Origin: Chloroflexota bacterium
Lineage (GTDB): Bacteria; Chloroflexota; Dehalococcoidia; UBA6926
Length of the DNA stretch: 64,000 nucleotides
Assembly (NCBI GenBank): GCA_026713485.1
Contig: JAPOOK010000051.1
Coordinates: 914-64,913 of the forward strand
Direction of reading: 5' to 3'
This document shows, piece by piece, positions 38,595-49,007 of this stretch. Made by a program: the position numbers and the translations under genes. The notes under the pieces were generated by a model. That model saw nothing but the letters and a program-made list of their open reading frames with translations, was not told where the DNA came from and ran no database searches. The stretch's first letter is position 1, and the number at the start of each line of letters is the position of its first letter.

Positions 38595-39353
38595 CTAACG
38601 AACCGCCAGCGGGTTCAGATTCGTCGACTCGTCGTACACGTCGATGCCCTCCTGTTTCTTGAGGAATGTTACGACGGCGTAGGTGAACGGCGTGGCGACC
38701 GTCTCATAGACCACCTTCGTGAACCACTCGACGAAGAAGATCCGCCACACGTCGCCCGTCGAGAGCACCCCAAGAAACGCAATAAACGTGAAGAAGAACG
38801 AGTCCAGCGCCTGCCCGCCAACCGTTGAAGAGATGGTCCGAAGCCACAACATCCGCCCCTTCGTCATCACTTTCAGGCGAGCCAGGATGATGGCATTCGT
38901 GAACGAGCCGATCACATAAGCAATGAAAGAGGCCACCAGCAGCCGTCCCGTGAATCCCAGGATGGTATCGTACGCCGCCTGGTCCCCCCATTCGCTTGCC
39001 GCCGGCAGCAGTCCCCCCAGGTAGATCGCGATGACCATCACGAGATTCGCGCCGAACCCGGCCCAAATAACGCGTCGAGCCACGGCATATCCGTATACCT
39101 CTGTCAGCACGTCTCCAACGATGTAACTCAGGGGAAAGACAACGATTGCCGACGTGACAAGCAGTTCTCCGAAAACGGGCGCATCGCCCAACGTCACAAT
39201 CCGAACCGCAATGATGTTTGAGGTCAACAGTGCTGCGATAAATGCGGCGACCACCGCCAGGAACCATCGCGACCCGGCTCGCGCCGCCCCCGCCTCTTCG
39301 TTGTGGGCCGAAACATCGGATCCGGACAAGACGGCGCAACCCCTCCATTGCAT
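38595..39353 (-). CDS. yhhQ: YhhQ/Vut-family queuosine-precursor (preQ0/preQ1) transporter
   Basis: FPLSYIVGDVLTEVYGY and GQALDS motifs of DUF165/YhhQ. Start at MQWRG (ATG 39353). The ORF-track extension overlaps the divergent gene. Confidence 0.65.
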   Translation of the reverse strand: MQWRGCAVLSGSDVSAHNEEAGAARAGSRWFLAVVAAFIAALLTSNIIAVRIVTLGDAPVFGELLVTSAIVVFPLSYIVGDVLTEVYGYAVARRVIWAGFGANLVMVIAIYLGGLLPAASEWGDQAAYDTILGFTGRLLVASFIAYVIGSFTNAIILARLKVMTKGRMLWLRTISSTVGGQALDSFFFTFIAFLGVLSTGDVWRIFFVEWFTKVVYETVATPFTYAVVTFLKKQEGIDVYDESTNLNPLAVR

Positions 39354-39500
39354 TTGTGAACTGAAAACTGTCGCAAGCATAGCCCACACACTGCGCGCGG
39401 CGGAATGCCCTCCGATACGGTACGATGACGGCAGACTCGGATGCCCGGAACACATTGGACACCCACTCAACTTATGGCCGAGACAGGAGGCAATTGCGCT

Positions 39501-39839
39501 ATGGCACTGCTTTGTTTCGATGTTGACGGAACTCTCGACACCGGTGACGGACCCATTCCCGCGTCTGTCCTCCACGATCTGGAGGGCATGGGCCACAAGG
39601 TCGTCATCGTCTCTCCGTCCCCCCTGCGGCCCAAAGACGCCGGCTTTCCTGAGTTTCTGAGTGTCGACCGCAAGAAGAACCTTCTTGATGCCCTTGAGGC
39701 CCACCCGGATGATCGGCCCGTCTACATCAGCGACAACGATGGGGATGACAAGCTCTCTGAGGAAGTCAACTTCGAGTACGTCCACCCACTCTTTTGGACA
39801 CCCTTCTACACGCGTCTAACCTCTGACGGCGCCAACTAG
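39501..39839 (+). CDS. Minimal HAD-like phosphatase (112 aa)
   Basis: Motif I LCFDVDGTL and motif IV ISDNDGDD. AGGAGG RBS 9 nt upstream. Confidence 0.45.
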   Translation: MALLCFDVDGTLDTGDGPIPASVLHDLEGMGHKVVIVSPSPLRPKDAGFPEFLSVDRKKNLLDALEAHPDDRPVYISDNDGDDKLSEEVNFEYVHPLFWTPFYTRLTSDGAN

Positions 39840-39852
39840 CCATCCACAGAAT

Positions 39853-40075
39853 CCCCTCCCCCTTGATGGGGGAGGGTTAGGGTGGGGGTGATCTTCCCCG
39901 CTCACCCTGAGCTTGTCGAAGGACACCCCTCCGTCATTCCCGCGAAAGCGGGAATCTTAAACCAGGAGCGCATACAACCTCGCCCCCTATTCACCCTGAG
40001 CTCCGGCTCATCCGCTCATCCTGAGCTCGTCGAAGGGCGCGCCGCGCCCCAATTCCTCACGCAACTTGACAAGCT
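39853..40075 (+). repeat. Cluster of intergenic repeat modules: type A (39853..39892), B (CACCCTGAGCTTGTCGAAGG, 39903..39925, plus degenerate copies near 39990 and 40015), C (GTCATTCCCGCGAAAGCGGGAATC, 39933..39957)
   Basis: Same modules recur at 43217, 45972, 56846..57010, 57688..57760, 58938..59050 and 63868..63925. Confidence 0.6.
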
Positions 40076-40319
40076 TTATTCCGCCAGTTAACGCCATAGA
40101 CAGCAAAATGCCGGTCTCCTGTTGCATTAAAGAACCATTAATCCTGCATGTTGCGAAGCATATGCGTTCTGGCAGCTTTGAAACAGACATAAAGTGCGCT
40201 TATGCCGAATACGTCAATCTCCTGCTCCTCTAAACCCCTAGCCCTCGTGATGCGCGTTCCTGTTGCCCGTGCCCACGCGCCTCGTCTCACGCTATCGCGT
40301 AGGCGCGGCGTAGATAGGC

Positions 40320-40348
40320 TTGTTGAAGGGTTGACATTATGGTAGTAT
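40320..40348 (+). promoter_or_regulatory. Putative sigma-70-type promoter of the HU gene (-35 TTGTTG, 17-nt spacer, -10 TAGTAT)
   Basis: Hexamers read from sequence ~65 nt upstream of the hup ATG. No experimental support. Confidence 0.3.
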
Positions 40349-40415
40349 GGCGCTCGACACACCATGACGTGCGTGGCGGACGAGGGTAGGTCGCCGCGCA
40401 AATAGGAGGTGCATT

Positions 40416-40721
40416 ATGACGCAGACTCTGCACAAGGGTGACTTGGCCGGAATTGTGGCGCAGCGCATAGGCGGAACCCGGTCGAATGGTGAAGCCGCAC
40501 TGAATGCCGTCACTGGCGCTATTCAGGAATCCCTGACCCGCGGCGATCGCGTGGTCATCACCGGCTTCGGCAGCTTTGAGGTTCGCCAGATCAAGGAGCG
40601 CACCGTGCGCCCCCTTCGCGGCCCCAACGCTGGCACGCCGACCAAGGTTGCGGCACACGACCGCGTTGGGTTCTCCCCGGGTACGGAACTCGCTAAGGCC
40701 GTCAAGCGAAACGGCGCCTAA
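40416..40721 (+). CDS. hup: HU/IHF-family nucleoid-associated DNA-binding protein
   Basis: GFGSFEVRQIKERTVRPLRGPNAGTPTKVAAHDRVGFSPG arm region. AGGAGG RBS. Confidence 0.85.
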   Translation: MTQTLHKGDLAGIVAQRIGGTRSNGEAALNAVTGAIQESLTRGDRVVITGFGSFEVRQIKERTVRPLRGPNAGTPTKVAAHDRVGFSPGTELAKAVKRNGA

Positions 40722-40725
40722 TCTG

Positions 40726-40768
40726 AAGGCGCGGCGCGCTTCGGCCGCGCGCCGCGCCTTTCCTTTCA
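40726..40768 (+). terminator. Rho-independent terminator of hup
   Basis: GC-only 14-bp stem (AAGGCGCGGCGCGC...GCGCGCCGCGCCTT) followed by TTCCTTTC. Confidence 0.6.
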
Positions 40769-40806
40769 CACACTGGAAACGATTGCCCCTCTCCGTCGAG
40801 AGAGGT

Positions 40807-41297
40807 TTAATCTGGTCGCGTTGACTCTATTCGCGTGACCAGTCCGGCCATTTCAAGCGCGCCCGCAGCCGCGTCATAGCCCCGGTTGCTCCCCGGCCCT
40901 CCTGAGCGCGCCAGCGCCTGCTCCATCGTGTCCGTCGTAAGCACCCCAAACATGCAAGGCACGCCCGTATCCAGCGAGACACGCGTGACAGACTGCGTCA
41001 CTGCCATCGAAACATAGTCAAAATGCGCAGTCTCGCCACGGATCACTGCGCCGATGCAGATGACCGCCGCATAACGTCCCGTCTCTGCCATTGCTTGCGC
41101 CGCCGAGCCAATCTCAAACGACCCTGGCACATAGGCCAGGTCAATGGAATCGTCCGGCACGCCATTCTCGCTCAGAGCGGAAAGCGCGCCCTCAAGCATC
41201 CGGTTCGTGATCAGCTCGTTGAAGCGTGCGACAACGATGCCGATGCGCGCGCTGTCCGGCTCCCGCCCCTCGTTCCAGGGCAGTGGCTCAATGGGGT
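40807..41297 (-). CDS. ribH: 6,7-dimethyl-8-ribityllumazine synthase
   Basis: RIGIVVARFN...YVPGSFEI...IGAVIRGETAHFDYV motifs. No in-frame ATG is available, so a GTG start (41297) is proposed with GGAGAA 10 nt upstream. Confidence 0.75.
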
Positions 41298-41323
41298 TTG
41301 GCGACACGCTGGGTATTCTCCGC

Positions 41324-42574
41324 TCAGGACTGCCGCTCTGTATCGACGGCTGACTCGTCCTCGGAGGCTCCCTCCATCCCCGTGAGGATGTGCCCCATCT
41401 TGTCGCGCTTCGTCTGCAGATAGCGGCGGTTGTGGTCGTTTGGCTGCACCTCGATCGGCACGCGTTCTGTAAGCTCAAGACCGAAGGCGTCAAGCCCCAC
41501 AACTTTGCGGGGGTTATTCGTCATGAGCTTGAGCTTCCGCACGCCCAGGTCCACGAGGATCTGTGCGCCGATGCCGTATTCCCGGAGATCCGGAGGGAAG
41601 CCCATCTGCACGTTGGCCTCAACCGTATCGAGCCCCGTGTCCTGCAGCGCATACGCCCGCAGCTTGTTGTGCAGGCCCACGCCGCGTCCCTCCTGTCTCA
41701 TGTAGAGAAAGACGCCGGAACCCTCCGCGGCGATGTGCTGCAGCGCAAGGTCCAGTTGCTCGCCGCAGTCGCACCGCATTGAACTGAAGACGTCGCCCGT
41801 CACGCATTCGCTGTGGACGCGCGTTAGCACAGGCTCTTCGGAATTGATGTCGCCCATTACCAGCGCGACGTGTTCCTTTGCGTCGATGGAGCTCGAGTAG
41901 CCATACGCCCGGAACACACCGTGCCGGGTTGGCATGTCCGCCACACCGCGCCGTTCGACCATCGTCTCTCGCTGACGGCGGTACTCGATGATATCCGCGA
42001 TAGTGACGATAGGGATGTCCCACTTGGCGGACATCTCCTCTAGTTGCGGCATCCGCGCCATGGTGCCGTCCTCGTTCATGATTTCGCAGATAACTCCGGC
42101 CGGATACAGCCCTGCCGCCCGTGCGAGGTCAATGACTGCCTCCGTGTGCCCGGCGCGAACGAGCACCCCCCCCTCGCGGTACCGCAGCGGAAACATGTGG
42201 CCCGGACGCATCAGGTCCCCTGAACGCGTTTCCGGATGCACGAGCGCGCGGATCGTTGCTGAACGGTCACCCGCTGATATACCTGTCGTTACGCCCGACT
42301 TGGCATCCACGGACTCCGTGAACGCCGTGGTCAGCGGCGACGTGTTCTTCTGCGCCATCATTGGAATATTCAACTCATCAAGTCGCTCTCCAAGAAGAGG
42401 CACGCAGACCAGGCCCCGCGCGTTCATCGCCATGAAGTTGATCTTCTCCGGCGTCACCAGGTCCGCCGCGATTGCGAGGTCCCCCTCGTTCTCCCGATCG
42501 GCGTCGTCAACGATGATGACAAACTCACCCCGTCGCATCCGGCCTGCGGCGCTCTCGACGTCGATGATGCTCAT
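41324..42574 (-). CDS. ribBA: Bifunctional DHBP synthase / GTP cyclohydrolase II
   Basis: RENEGDL (DHBP synthase) and CDCG...Zn site plus RDY motifs of GCH II. Confidence 0.9.
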   Translation of the reverse strand: MSIIDVESAAGRMRRGEFVIIVDDADRENEGDLAIAADLVTPEKINFMAMNARGLVCVPLLGERLDELNIPMMAQKNTSPLTTAFTESVDAKSGVTTGISAGDRSATIRALVHPETRSGDLMRPGHMFPLRYREGGVLVRAGHTEAVIDLARAAGLYPAGVICEIMNEDGTMARMPQLEEMSAKWDIPIVTIADIIEYRRQRETMVERRGVADMPTRHGVFRAYGYSSSIDAKEHVALVMGDINSEEPVLTRVHSECVTGDVFSSMRCDCGEQLDLALQHIAAEGSGVFLYMRQEGRGVGLHNKLRAYALQDTGLDTVEANVQMGFPPDLREYGIGAQILVDLGVRKLKLMTNNPRKVVGLDAFGLELTERVPIEVQPNDHNRRYLQTKRDKMGHILTGMEGASEDESAVDTERQS

Positions 42575-43194
42575 TAGCTTGCCTCCACGCCCTCACTGAG
42601 GGCGCTTATCCCCTCGCGGTCCCCCTGCAGCAGCTTCTCCGCGTACTTGGCAAAGATATCCGTTTCTAGATTCACCGGCATCCCCACGTACGCCTCGCCA
42701 AGATCAGTATTCTCATACGTGTGCCGCACCAGCGACACACTGAACGATTCGTCGTCCAGCCCCATGACCGTCAGGCTGATGCCATTCACCGTGATGAATG
42801 CCTTTTCGACGAGATACTTCATTACCTCCGGCGGCGCAGTGATCCGTACAAGCCGCGCGTCTCCCTCAGGGGTGATCTCCGCCACCGTGCCCGTGCCGTC
42901 TACGTGCCCCTGCACCAGGTGACCGCCAAGACGACTGTTGAACGTGACGGCCCGTTCCAGGTTGATTGGGCTACCGGGCTTGAGCACGTTCATCGCCGTC
43001 CGCCTCAGCGTCTCCGGCATGACGTCAAAACTCACCCGGCTGTCCGTCATATCCGTCACCGTCAGGCACGCGCCATTGACGGACAAGCTGTCACCGATGC
43101 GCGTTTCGCCCAGCGTCACGTCGGCCTCGACTATCAGGCCGCCCTCGCCAACGGCGACAATCCGCCCCACCTCTTCAACGATCCCCGTAAACAT
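42574..43194 (-). CDS. ribE: Riboflavin synthase
   Basis: MFTGIVEE...SLSVNGACLTV with an internal duplicated half. Stop overlaps the ribBA ATG (TAATG). Confidence 0.85.
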   Translation of the reverse strand: MFTGIVEEVGRIVAVGEGGLIVEADVTLGETRIGDSLSVNGACLTVTDMTDSRVSFDVMPETLRRTAMNVLKPGSPINLERAVTFNSRLGGHLVQGHVDGTGTVAEITPEGDARLVRITAPPEVMKYLVEKAFITVNGISLTVMGLDDESFSVSLVRHTYENTDLGEAYVGMPVNLETDIFAKYAEKLLQGDREGISALSEGVEAS

Positions 43195-43216
43195 CTTCGT
43201 CCTGACGCCTACCCGG

Positions 43217-43240
43217 CCTTGGTCATTCCCGCGAAAGCGA
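43217..43240 (+). repeat. Type-C repeat module (GTCATTCCCGCGAAAGCGAGGAAC) in the ribE-ribD intergenic gap
   Basis: Matches copies at 39933, 56986 and 63868. Confidence 0.5.
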
Positions 43241-43291
43241 GGAACCACCGTTTATCCCTTCTTGATGCCCCTGATTATACGCCCGAGCTGC

Positions 43292-44410
43292 TTAGTCCGC
43301 GCCGCCTTGCCAATACCGCAGGATGCCGCGCACAACGATATCCTCTCCCACGAGGTCAACATCCATCCTCACGAATCGATGCGCATCCTTCACATACTCC
43401 ACGCCATCGCCGCCTACGGGCCCCGGCGCTTCACCTCCGCCGATGATCACCGGAGCGACGGAAATCTCCGCCTGATCAACGAGTCCGTCGTCAAAGAACG
43501 CGCCAAGCAGCTGCTCCCCGGCCTCTGTCATCACCTGCACCGCTCCGAGATGCCCAAGGTGTTGCAACAGTGCCGTCAGATCCACGCGCCCGCCTTCGGA
43601 TGGGAAAGCCGCCGCTGTCACGCTGTCACCCAGGTCTTGGAACGGCGCGCACACCGCCGCCGATGCCGTCGCCACCAATGTCTTGCCCGGCTCGCTGAAC
43701 AACCGGGCCGAGGGCGGCGTCCGCCCGTTGCTGTCCGCGATAACGCGCATTGGTTGGCGGGACAGCGCATTGCCCTCGCCGTCTCGCGCCGTCAGTTGTG
43801 GGTCATCGGAAATCACCGTCCCTGCCGCCGTGATGATCGCGTCAACGTGCGAACGAAGCTCGTGGACACGGCCCCGCGCCGCCTCTCCCGTGATCCATCG
43901 CGAATCCCCCGTACGACTCGCTATCTTGCCGTCGAGGCTCATCGCGTACTTCGCGATGACCAGCGGCATCCCTGTCTCCTCGCGCTTGAAATACCCCTGG
44001 AAGTGCAGCGTTGCTTCCTCAGCGCAATCACCGACGCTTGTCGAAACGCCGTGCTCCTCCAATAGACGCCGTCCGGAGCCGTTAACCGGCGGATGCGGGT
44101 CCAACACCGCGATCTCCACCGACGTAACCCCTGCGGCAATCATCGCCTCCGCGCATGGCGGCGTACGACCGTGGTGCGAACACGGCTCCAGCGTCGTGTA
44201 CATAGTCGCGCCACGCGCCTTTTCACCTGCCTGTTCCAGCGCGACGATTTCGGCGTGCGGGCCGCCGGGCGGCTGCGTGAAGCCCTCTCCGACGATCTCC
44301 CCCTCGCGCACGATAACCGCGCCAACTGCAGGATTGGGACTTGAGAATCCGAGCGCCTGACGTCCCAATTCCAGGGCGCGGGCCATGGGCGTGGTGGCCC
44401 CGTGCGTCAC
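43292..44410 (-). CDS. ribD: Bifunctional riboflavin-biosynthesis deaminase/reductase
   Basis: CMP/dCMP deaminase zinc motifs HAE...[11 protein letters not shown] plus a C-terminal reductase domain. GTG start overlaps the dcd stop (GTGA). Confidence 0.9.
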   Translation of the reverse strand: MTHGATTPMARALELGRQALGFSSPNPAVGAVIVREGEIVGEGFTQPPGGPHAEIVALEQAGEKARGATMYTTLEPCSHHGRTPPCAEAMIAAGVTSVEIAVLDPHPPVNGSGRRLLEEHGVSTSVGDCAEEATLHFQGYFKREETGMPLVIAKYAMSLDGKIASRTGDSRWITGEAARGRVHELRSHVDAIITAAGTVISDDPQLTARDGEGNALSRQPMRVIADSNGRTPPSARLFSEPGKTLVATASAAVCAPFQDLGDSVTAAAFPSEGGRVDLTALLQHLGHLGAVQVMTEAGEQLLGAFFDDGLVDQAEISVAPVIIGGGEAPGPVGGDGVEYVKDAHRFVRMDVDLVGEDIVVRGILRYWQGGAD

Positions 44411-44979
44411 TGTCGGGCCTGGAAATCGCGGAACGCGCGGCTCGGCGTCGGCTCAGACTGCCCCTGGTACTTGCTGCCGAGCCGCTCGGAGCCGTAAGGC
44501 CGCTGCGCCGGCCCGGACAGCCGTGTAAAGGAGATCTGGCCGATGGGCATTCCGCTGTAAAGAGTAATAGGCAGATTGTTCACGTTGCTCAGTTCAAGGG
44601 TCAGACGTCCGCGCCAGCCGGGATCCACGTACCCCGCCGTCGAGTGGATCAGCAGCCCGATGCGCCCAAGGGAACTCTTGCCCTCTAGCCGCGCCACCAG
44701 GTCGTCCGGCAGGCCGATGTCCTCAATCGTGCTGCCCAGCACAAACTCGCCGGGGTGCAGGATGAACGGCGCGTCGTCGCGTATTTCCACCATCTCCGTC
44801 AGATCGCTCACATCCTGCCGGATATCGATATATGGCCGGCGGGAGTTCCGGAAAACGAGAACCTTGTCGCTCAAATGCACGTCGACACTTGCCGGCTGCA
44901 CGTCCCCCAGATCCAGCGGGTCGATGATTATGCGGCCGTTCTCAATTTCAGCGTGGATTTCGCCGTCGTTAAGGACCAT
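44407..44979 (-). CDS. dcd: dCTP deaminase
   Basis: PASVDVHL and [10 protein letters not shown] motifs. Start MVLNDGEI (ATG 44979) with GGGGGAGGGG RBS. Confidence 0.85.
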   Translation of the reverse strand: MVLNDGEIHAEIENGRIIIDPLDLGDVQPASVDVHLSDKVLVFRNSRRPYIDIRQDVSDLTEMVEIRDDAPFILHPGEFVLGSTIEDIGLPDDLVARLEGKSSLGRIGLLIHSTAGYVDPGWRGRLTLELSNVNNLPITLYSGMPIGQISFTRLSGPAQRPYGSERLGSKYQGQSEPTPSRAFRDFQARQ

Positions 44980-45067
44980 GTGATGGCCCCTCCCCCAATA
45001 CAACTACAGTGCAGTTACTATAGCGCAAATCCCACGCGCCCCACCCCGAACCTTAGCCGTAGCGCAG

Positions 45068-45871
45068 CTACACTATCGCGTACCCCACACGCACATGGAT
45101 GACAACTTCATTCTCGCCTGCCAGGATCGGCGTGGACGCCATCTCATCGTCCGCGAATGCCGAGGTGGTACGCATCATCTCAGGCGTGTCCTGCGAAAGG
45201 GGTGCCGCCCCCGACTCCGAGACATAGAACGGCTCGCCCAACTCAACTTCTGCCAACGAAGCTAGTTGCGTCGCATGGGAGAGCGCTATATGCATCGCCA
45301 ACTCTCGTGCCTCTCGTTCCGCCTCTATCCTGTCATCGATGTCGAATGAAAGGCCATCCACACGAGCGTTATCGCCGCCTGCGTTTACAGCCCCGTCAAT
45401 CACGTCCGCAATCGTGTCCAGTGCCCGAACCGTCGCGCGAACGGTGTTTGTCACCGTGAACCCCACCATCTCGCTGCGGCGTAACGTATCGTTCCACTCA
45501 TACTGCGTCGATACATTGAACGTCAGCGTCTGGATGTCGTCCTCACTGATTCCGGAGGCCGTCAGGCTGTCGACAACCGCGTGCATGGAGCTAGCGGCCT
45601 CAGACATCGCCGCGCCCACCGTCTCGCCGCTAGTCTCCACGCCGATCCGCAGAGTGGCAATGTCCGGCGTCACGGAAACCCGCCCCGCCCCTGTTACCCA
45701 GATTCCGTCCGTCGACCGATCCAGAATAACCGTGGCCCCATTGTCGTCATCCGATTCAGCGTCGTCCTCATTCGCCGCGCACGCCGCAGTCGCGATCACC
45801 GCGATGGCCAGCAGAACAAGCATCAGTGCCGCCGGGCCGCGGATTCCCTGGAAGATGTGAGTGAAAGTCAT
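45068..45871 (-). CDS. SIMPL/DUF541-domain lipoprotein
   Basis: Signal peptide plus IATAAC lipobox (start ATG 45871). DUF541-like pattern over the C-terminal ~220 aa. Confidence 0.55.
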   Translation of the reverse strand: MTFTHIFQGIRGPAALMLVLLAIAVIATAACAANEDDAESDDDNGATVILDRSTDGIWVTGAGRVSVTPDIATLRIGVETSGETVGAAMSEAASSMHAVVDSLTASGISEDDIQTLTFNVSTQYEWNDTLRRSEMVGFTVTNTVRATVRALDTIADVIDGAVNAGGDNARVDGLSFDIDDRIEAEREARELAMHIALSHATQLASLAEVELGEPFYVSESGAAPLSQDTPEMMRTTSAFADDEMASTPILAGENEVVIHVRVGYAIV

Positions 45872-45971
45872 GTGCGTCCCCCTCGGGCTGTCATTCCGCG
45901 CCCCCCTTGAGACGCTGTCTGTCCATGATGCAGGAAACGCACCGTCGGCGCAGAGGGATAGCACCATTCCC

Positions 45972-45996
45972 GTTCGCCCTGAGCTTGTCGAAGGGT
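45972..45996 (+). repeat. Type-B repeat module (CGCCCTGAGCTTGTCGAAGGG)
   Basis: Lies in the divergent intergenic region between the SIMPL lipoprotein gene and lepB. Confidence 0.5.
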
Positions 45997-46053
45997 GAAC
46001 CCCGTCGCGGACCGGGCTACAAACGAATCCGAAACTATAATGGACGGACACTC

Positions 46054-46749
46054 ATGAGATACGTGCCGGTAACTCCCACTGATGACCCGCAGGACGACTA
46101 CCTGCCGGAGGGAGTTCTTGCGCTTCCGGATGAGCACCCCGCCCGACGATTCGTCCTGGACATAGCGGAAACGCTTGGCCTTGCGGTACTCCTCTTCTTC
46201 GTGGTGCAGTTGCTTGTCCAGAACTACGTCGTCACCGGCGGCAGCATGGAGCCGTCTATCGATGACAACGAACTCATCATCGTCAACAAGGCTGTGTATT
46301 TCAGCCTCAATAGAGAAACAGTCGATGACCTGATTCCCTTCTTCGACCTGCCGGACGGGGATGACGTCTACCTGTTCCATGCGCCGCAGAGAGGCGAGGT
46401 GATCGTCCTAAACTCACCGGAGGGCGACAATCTCGACCTTATCAAGCGCATCATCGGACTCCCGGGAGACACCATCGTGTTTGACAGTCGCGGCGGCACA
46501 ATCAACGTCAATGGCGTCGAGATTGAGGAAACATGGCTGTCCGACGACCAACGGACGAGAGGATGGGATGTCACGCTAGGTGAAGACGAATACTTTGTGA
46601 TGGGTGACAACCGCCGTTCCAGCCAGGATTCCCGCCAGTGGGGAACGATCGGACGGGATGAGATTGTAGGCAAATCCCTGCTGACATACTGGCCACCGGA
46701 GAAGGTCGGCGCTTCCCCCCACCAAACAGAAGCCTACACCACCGCCTGA
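46054..46749 (+). CDS. lepB: Signal peptidase I
   Basis: TGGSMEPS (Ser box), VMGDNRRSSQDSR (Lys/Arg box region), and a single N-terminal TM. ATG 46054. Confidence 0.8.
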   Translation: MRYVPVTPTDDPQDDYLPEGVLALPDEHPARRFVLDIAETLGLAVLLFFVVQLLVQNYVVTGGSMEPSIDDNELIIVNKAVYFSLNRETVDDLIPFFDLPDGDDVYLFHAPQRGEVIVLNSPEGDNLDLIKRIIGLPGDTIVFDSRGGTINVNGVEIEETWLSDDQRTRGWDVTLGEDEYFVMGDNRRSSQDSRQWGTIGRDEIVGKSLLTYWPPEKVGASPHQTEAYTTA

Positions 46750-46779
46750 CCTCTGCCCGTATCATGAACAAACATACGA

Positions 46780-46855
<76 letters not shown>

Positions 46856-46923
46856 CCATGAATTCGTTACTCCACCTCCGGAAAAGAGACTCGACCACAC
46901 CATTCTCAAGGACGAAACACCAC

Positions 46924-48333
46924 TCACTCACTTACCGGAAGGCGAATGGTCACCGTCACGCCCTGTCCCGGACCATCGCTCGCGACATCAACCGTGCCTC
47001 CATGCGCCTCGATAATCGCTCGGGTGATGGCCAATCCCAGCCCCGTCCCGCCGACCCCTCGATTGCGGGACTGGTCGGTACGGTAGAAGCGATCAAAGAC
47101 GTGAGGAATGTCCGCAGCGTCGATGCCAATTCCGTCGTCGGTGATTGAAACAACCAGCGCCTCGTCGCCTTCTTGTCTGACCTTGAGCTGGATACTTCCT
47201 CCGGCCTCGGTGCAATGAATAGCGTTGTTGATAATGTTTCCCAGGGCCTGGCTCATGCGCATGCGATCAACATCCATGCTCGGAAGGTCAGGGGACAGAT
47301 CCAGCGACAGCGCAACTTGCCCGGCCTCACATTGGGGCTGCCACCGGTTCACTTCTGCCGTGAACAACTCATAAACCGATGTTGCTTCCCGTGCGAGCCG
47401 AAGCTCTCCATGATCGGTCTCCGCAAGCCAGTCCAGGTCAGTCACGATGCCGCCCAGCCTGTCCACCTCCTGGATGATGTGGTCCGAGGCGCTCTCAGGG
47501 GACTGAAGTCCATCCCGCAGCCCCTTCGCCTCCAGCTTGATAACACTCAGCGGGGTGTTCAGCTCGTGTGAGACGTCGTTTATCAGACGCCTGCGAAGCT
47601 CACGTTGGGTCTCCAGGGCGGAGGTCATCCGGTTGAACGCTTCGCTCATACGGCCCAACTCGTCTGAGGATGTGACCGGAAGCCGCGTCGCGTCCCCCTG
47701 GGCAATCGACTGGGTCGCCTCGGTCAAAGCCTTCACGGGCGCTGTGATCCGCCTGGACAACCAGAAAGCCACCAGGATGGCAATACCAATCGTCAGCGCC
47801 CCGCCAATTGCGGTGATGTAAAGAAGTGTATTCAGGAACCCATGTGTCTCGGTGGACAAGTATTCCTGGTTCACGTCCACGTAGACGTAACCCACCGGCT
47901 GGTCATTAGCCAGGTCGAACACGGTCTCCTGCCGCCCCTCCAGCTCGGACGTGATGTCTTCCGGAGAGAGCACGGACAGGTTGTCCATCACGACACGCCC
48001 ATCGAGCCCGGTAATCACGACTCTCACCTGGTCTTGATGGAATAGTTCCGAAGAGCCTTCCTCCCCCTCCCGGTGATTCTCCCCCTCCCGAGGACTGTCG
48101 TAAATGTATCCGGCCTCGGAAAGTGCCCGGTCCACGGTTGCCCAGCCACCGGCGGCGGTATATTCCCGGCTTATGTCTCTGGCAAGCTGAGCCGCCTCCT
48201 CAGTGCCGATCCGGTCCACGAACACACCTAGTCGGGCTTGCGTCGCGTAGTAGCCAACCGCGACGCTTGCCAGGACAGTAAGAAGGACGACCAGAACGGT
48301 CGCACCCATGATTCGCCAGTGCAGAGACATCAC
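46924..48333 (-). CDS. Sensor histidine kinase (periplasmic sensor + HAMP + HisKA + HATPase_c)
   Basis: H-box SHELNTPLS, and N/G1/G2 boxes (NNAIHCTEAGG, DDGIGI, GGTGLGLAI). Confidence 0.8.
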   Translation of the reverse strand: MMSLHWRIMGATVLVVLLTVLASVAVGYYATQARLGVFVDRIGTEEAAQLARDISREYTAAGGWATVDRALSEAGYIYDSPREGENHREGEEGSSELFHQDQVRVVITGLDGRVVMDNLSVLSPEDITSELEGRQETVFDLANDQPVGYVYVDVNQEYLSTETHGFLNTLLYITAIGGALTIGIAILVAFWLSRRITAPVKALTEATQSIAQGDATRLPVTSSDELGRMSEAFNRMTSALETQRELRRRLINDVSHELNTPLSVIKLEAKGLRDGLQSPESASDHIIQEVDRLGGIVTDLDWLAETDHGELRLAREATSVYELFTAEVNRWQPQCEAGQVALSLDLSPDLPSMDVDRMRMSQALGNIINNAIHCTEAGGSIQLKVRQEGDEALVVSITDDGIGIDAADIPHVFDRFYRTDQSRNRGVGGTGLGLAITRAIIEAHGGTVDVASDGPGQGVTVTIRLPVSE

Positions 48334-49007
48334 TCGTCCTCTACCACGAACCTGTAGCCCGCCCCGTACACGGTCTGAATCGGTGTATTGCCATCCTGGT
48401 TAATCTGCCTTCGCAGACGGGCAACCTGGCTGTCGATGGCACGGTCAAACCCTTCAAACTCATCGTTGAAGGCCAGGGCGATCAGCCGGTCCCGCGAGAG
48501 CACCTGGTTGGGGTGACGCATGAACGTCGAGAGCAAGGCTATCTGCGCCTGGCTCAGCGTCACGGGTTCTTCGTTGACCGTCACGACACTCGTGGTCTCG
48601 TTCAGCATGATGTTGCCGCGTATCAGAACCTGCTGGACTTTGTCCTTCACGCGGCGAAGCACGGCCGTTGCTCGGGCAATAACCTCATCCGGATCGAATG
48701 GCTTGACGATGTAGTCGTCGGCTCCAATGTCGAGTCCCATGATGCGCTCGGCAGGCGCTTCCCTGGCTGTCAGCATGATGATTGCAACGTCCGATTCCCT
48801 GCGTAGGATCTTGCACAACTCCACTCCGTCGAGGCGGGGAAGCATCAGATCAAGGATTATCAGGTCGGGAGCCAGCTCGCGGGCCAGTGCCAGACCGGCC
48901 TCGCCATCATGAGCAACCTCAGCGGAGAATCCGGCACGTTCGAAATACACCCTGACCCAGTTTGCGATCCGGGTATCGTCTTCAACTATTAGTACCGTGT
49001 CGCTCAT
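48330..49007 (-). CDS. OmpR-family response regulator
   Basis: Receiver domain (DD...D54-equivalent LDLMLP...K) and winged-helix C-terminus (GAGYRF). Overlaps the kinase gene by 4 nt. Confidence 0.85.
   Translation of the reverse strand: MSDTVLIVEDDTRIANWVRVYFERAGFSAEVAHDGEAGLALARELAPDLIILDLMLPRLDGVELCKILRRESDVAIIMLTAREAPAERIMGLDIGADDYIVKPFDPDEVIARATAVLRRVKDKVQQVLIRGNIMLNETTSVVTVNEEPVTLSQAQIALLSTFMRHPNQVLSRDRLIALAFNDEFEGFDRAIDSQVARLRRQINQDGNTPIQTVYGAGYRFVVEDE

Noticed and set aside
39354-39500. preQ1 riboswitch upstream of the yhhQ-like queuosine-precursor transporter.
   Set aside because: Reverse-complemented leader shows no preQ1-I/II consensus. Cannot be supported from the sequence alone.
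39354-39785. 144-aa N-terminal extension of the YhhQ-like ORF.
   Set aside because: It overlaps the divergently transcribed HAD-like gene with its strong RBS. The extension has no hydrophobic helix, and YhhQ family conservation starts at MQWRG.
44980-45067. FMN riboswitch upstream of the dcd-rib operon.
   Set aside because: Only ~64 nt are available before the next gene. None of the conserved FMN-element cores are visible.
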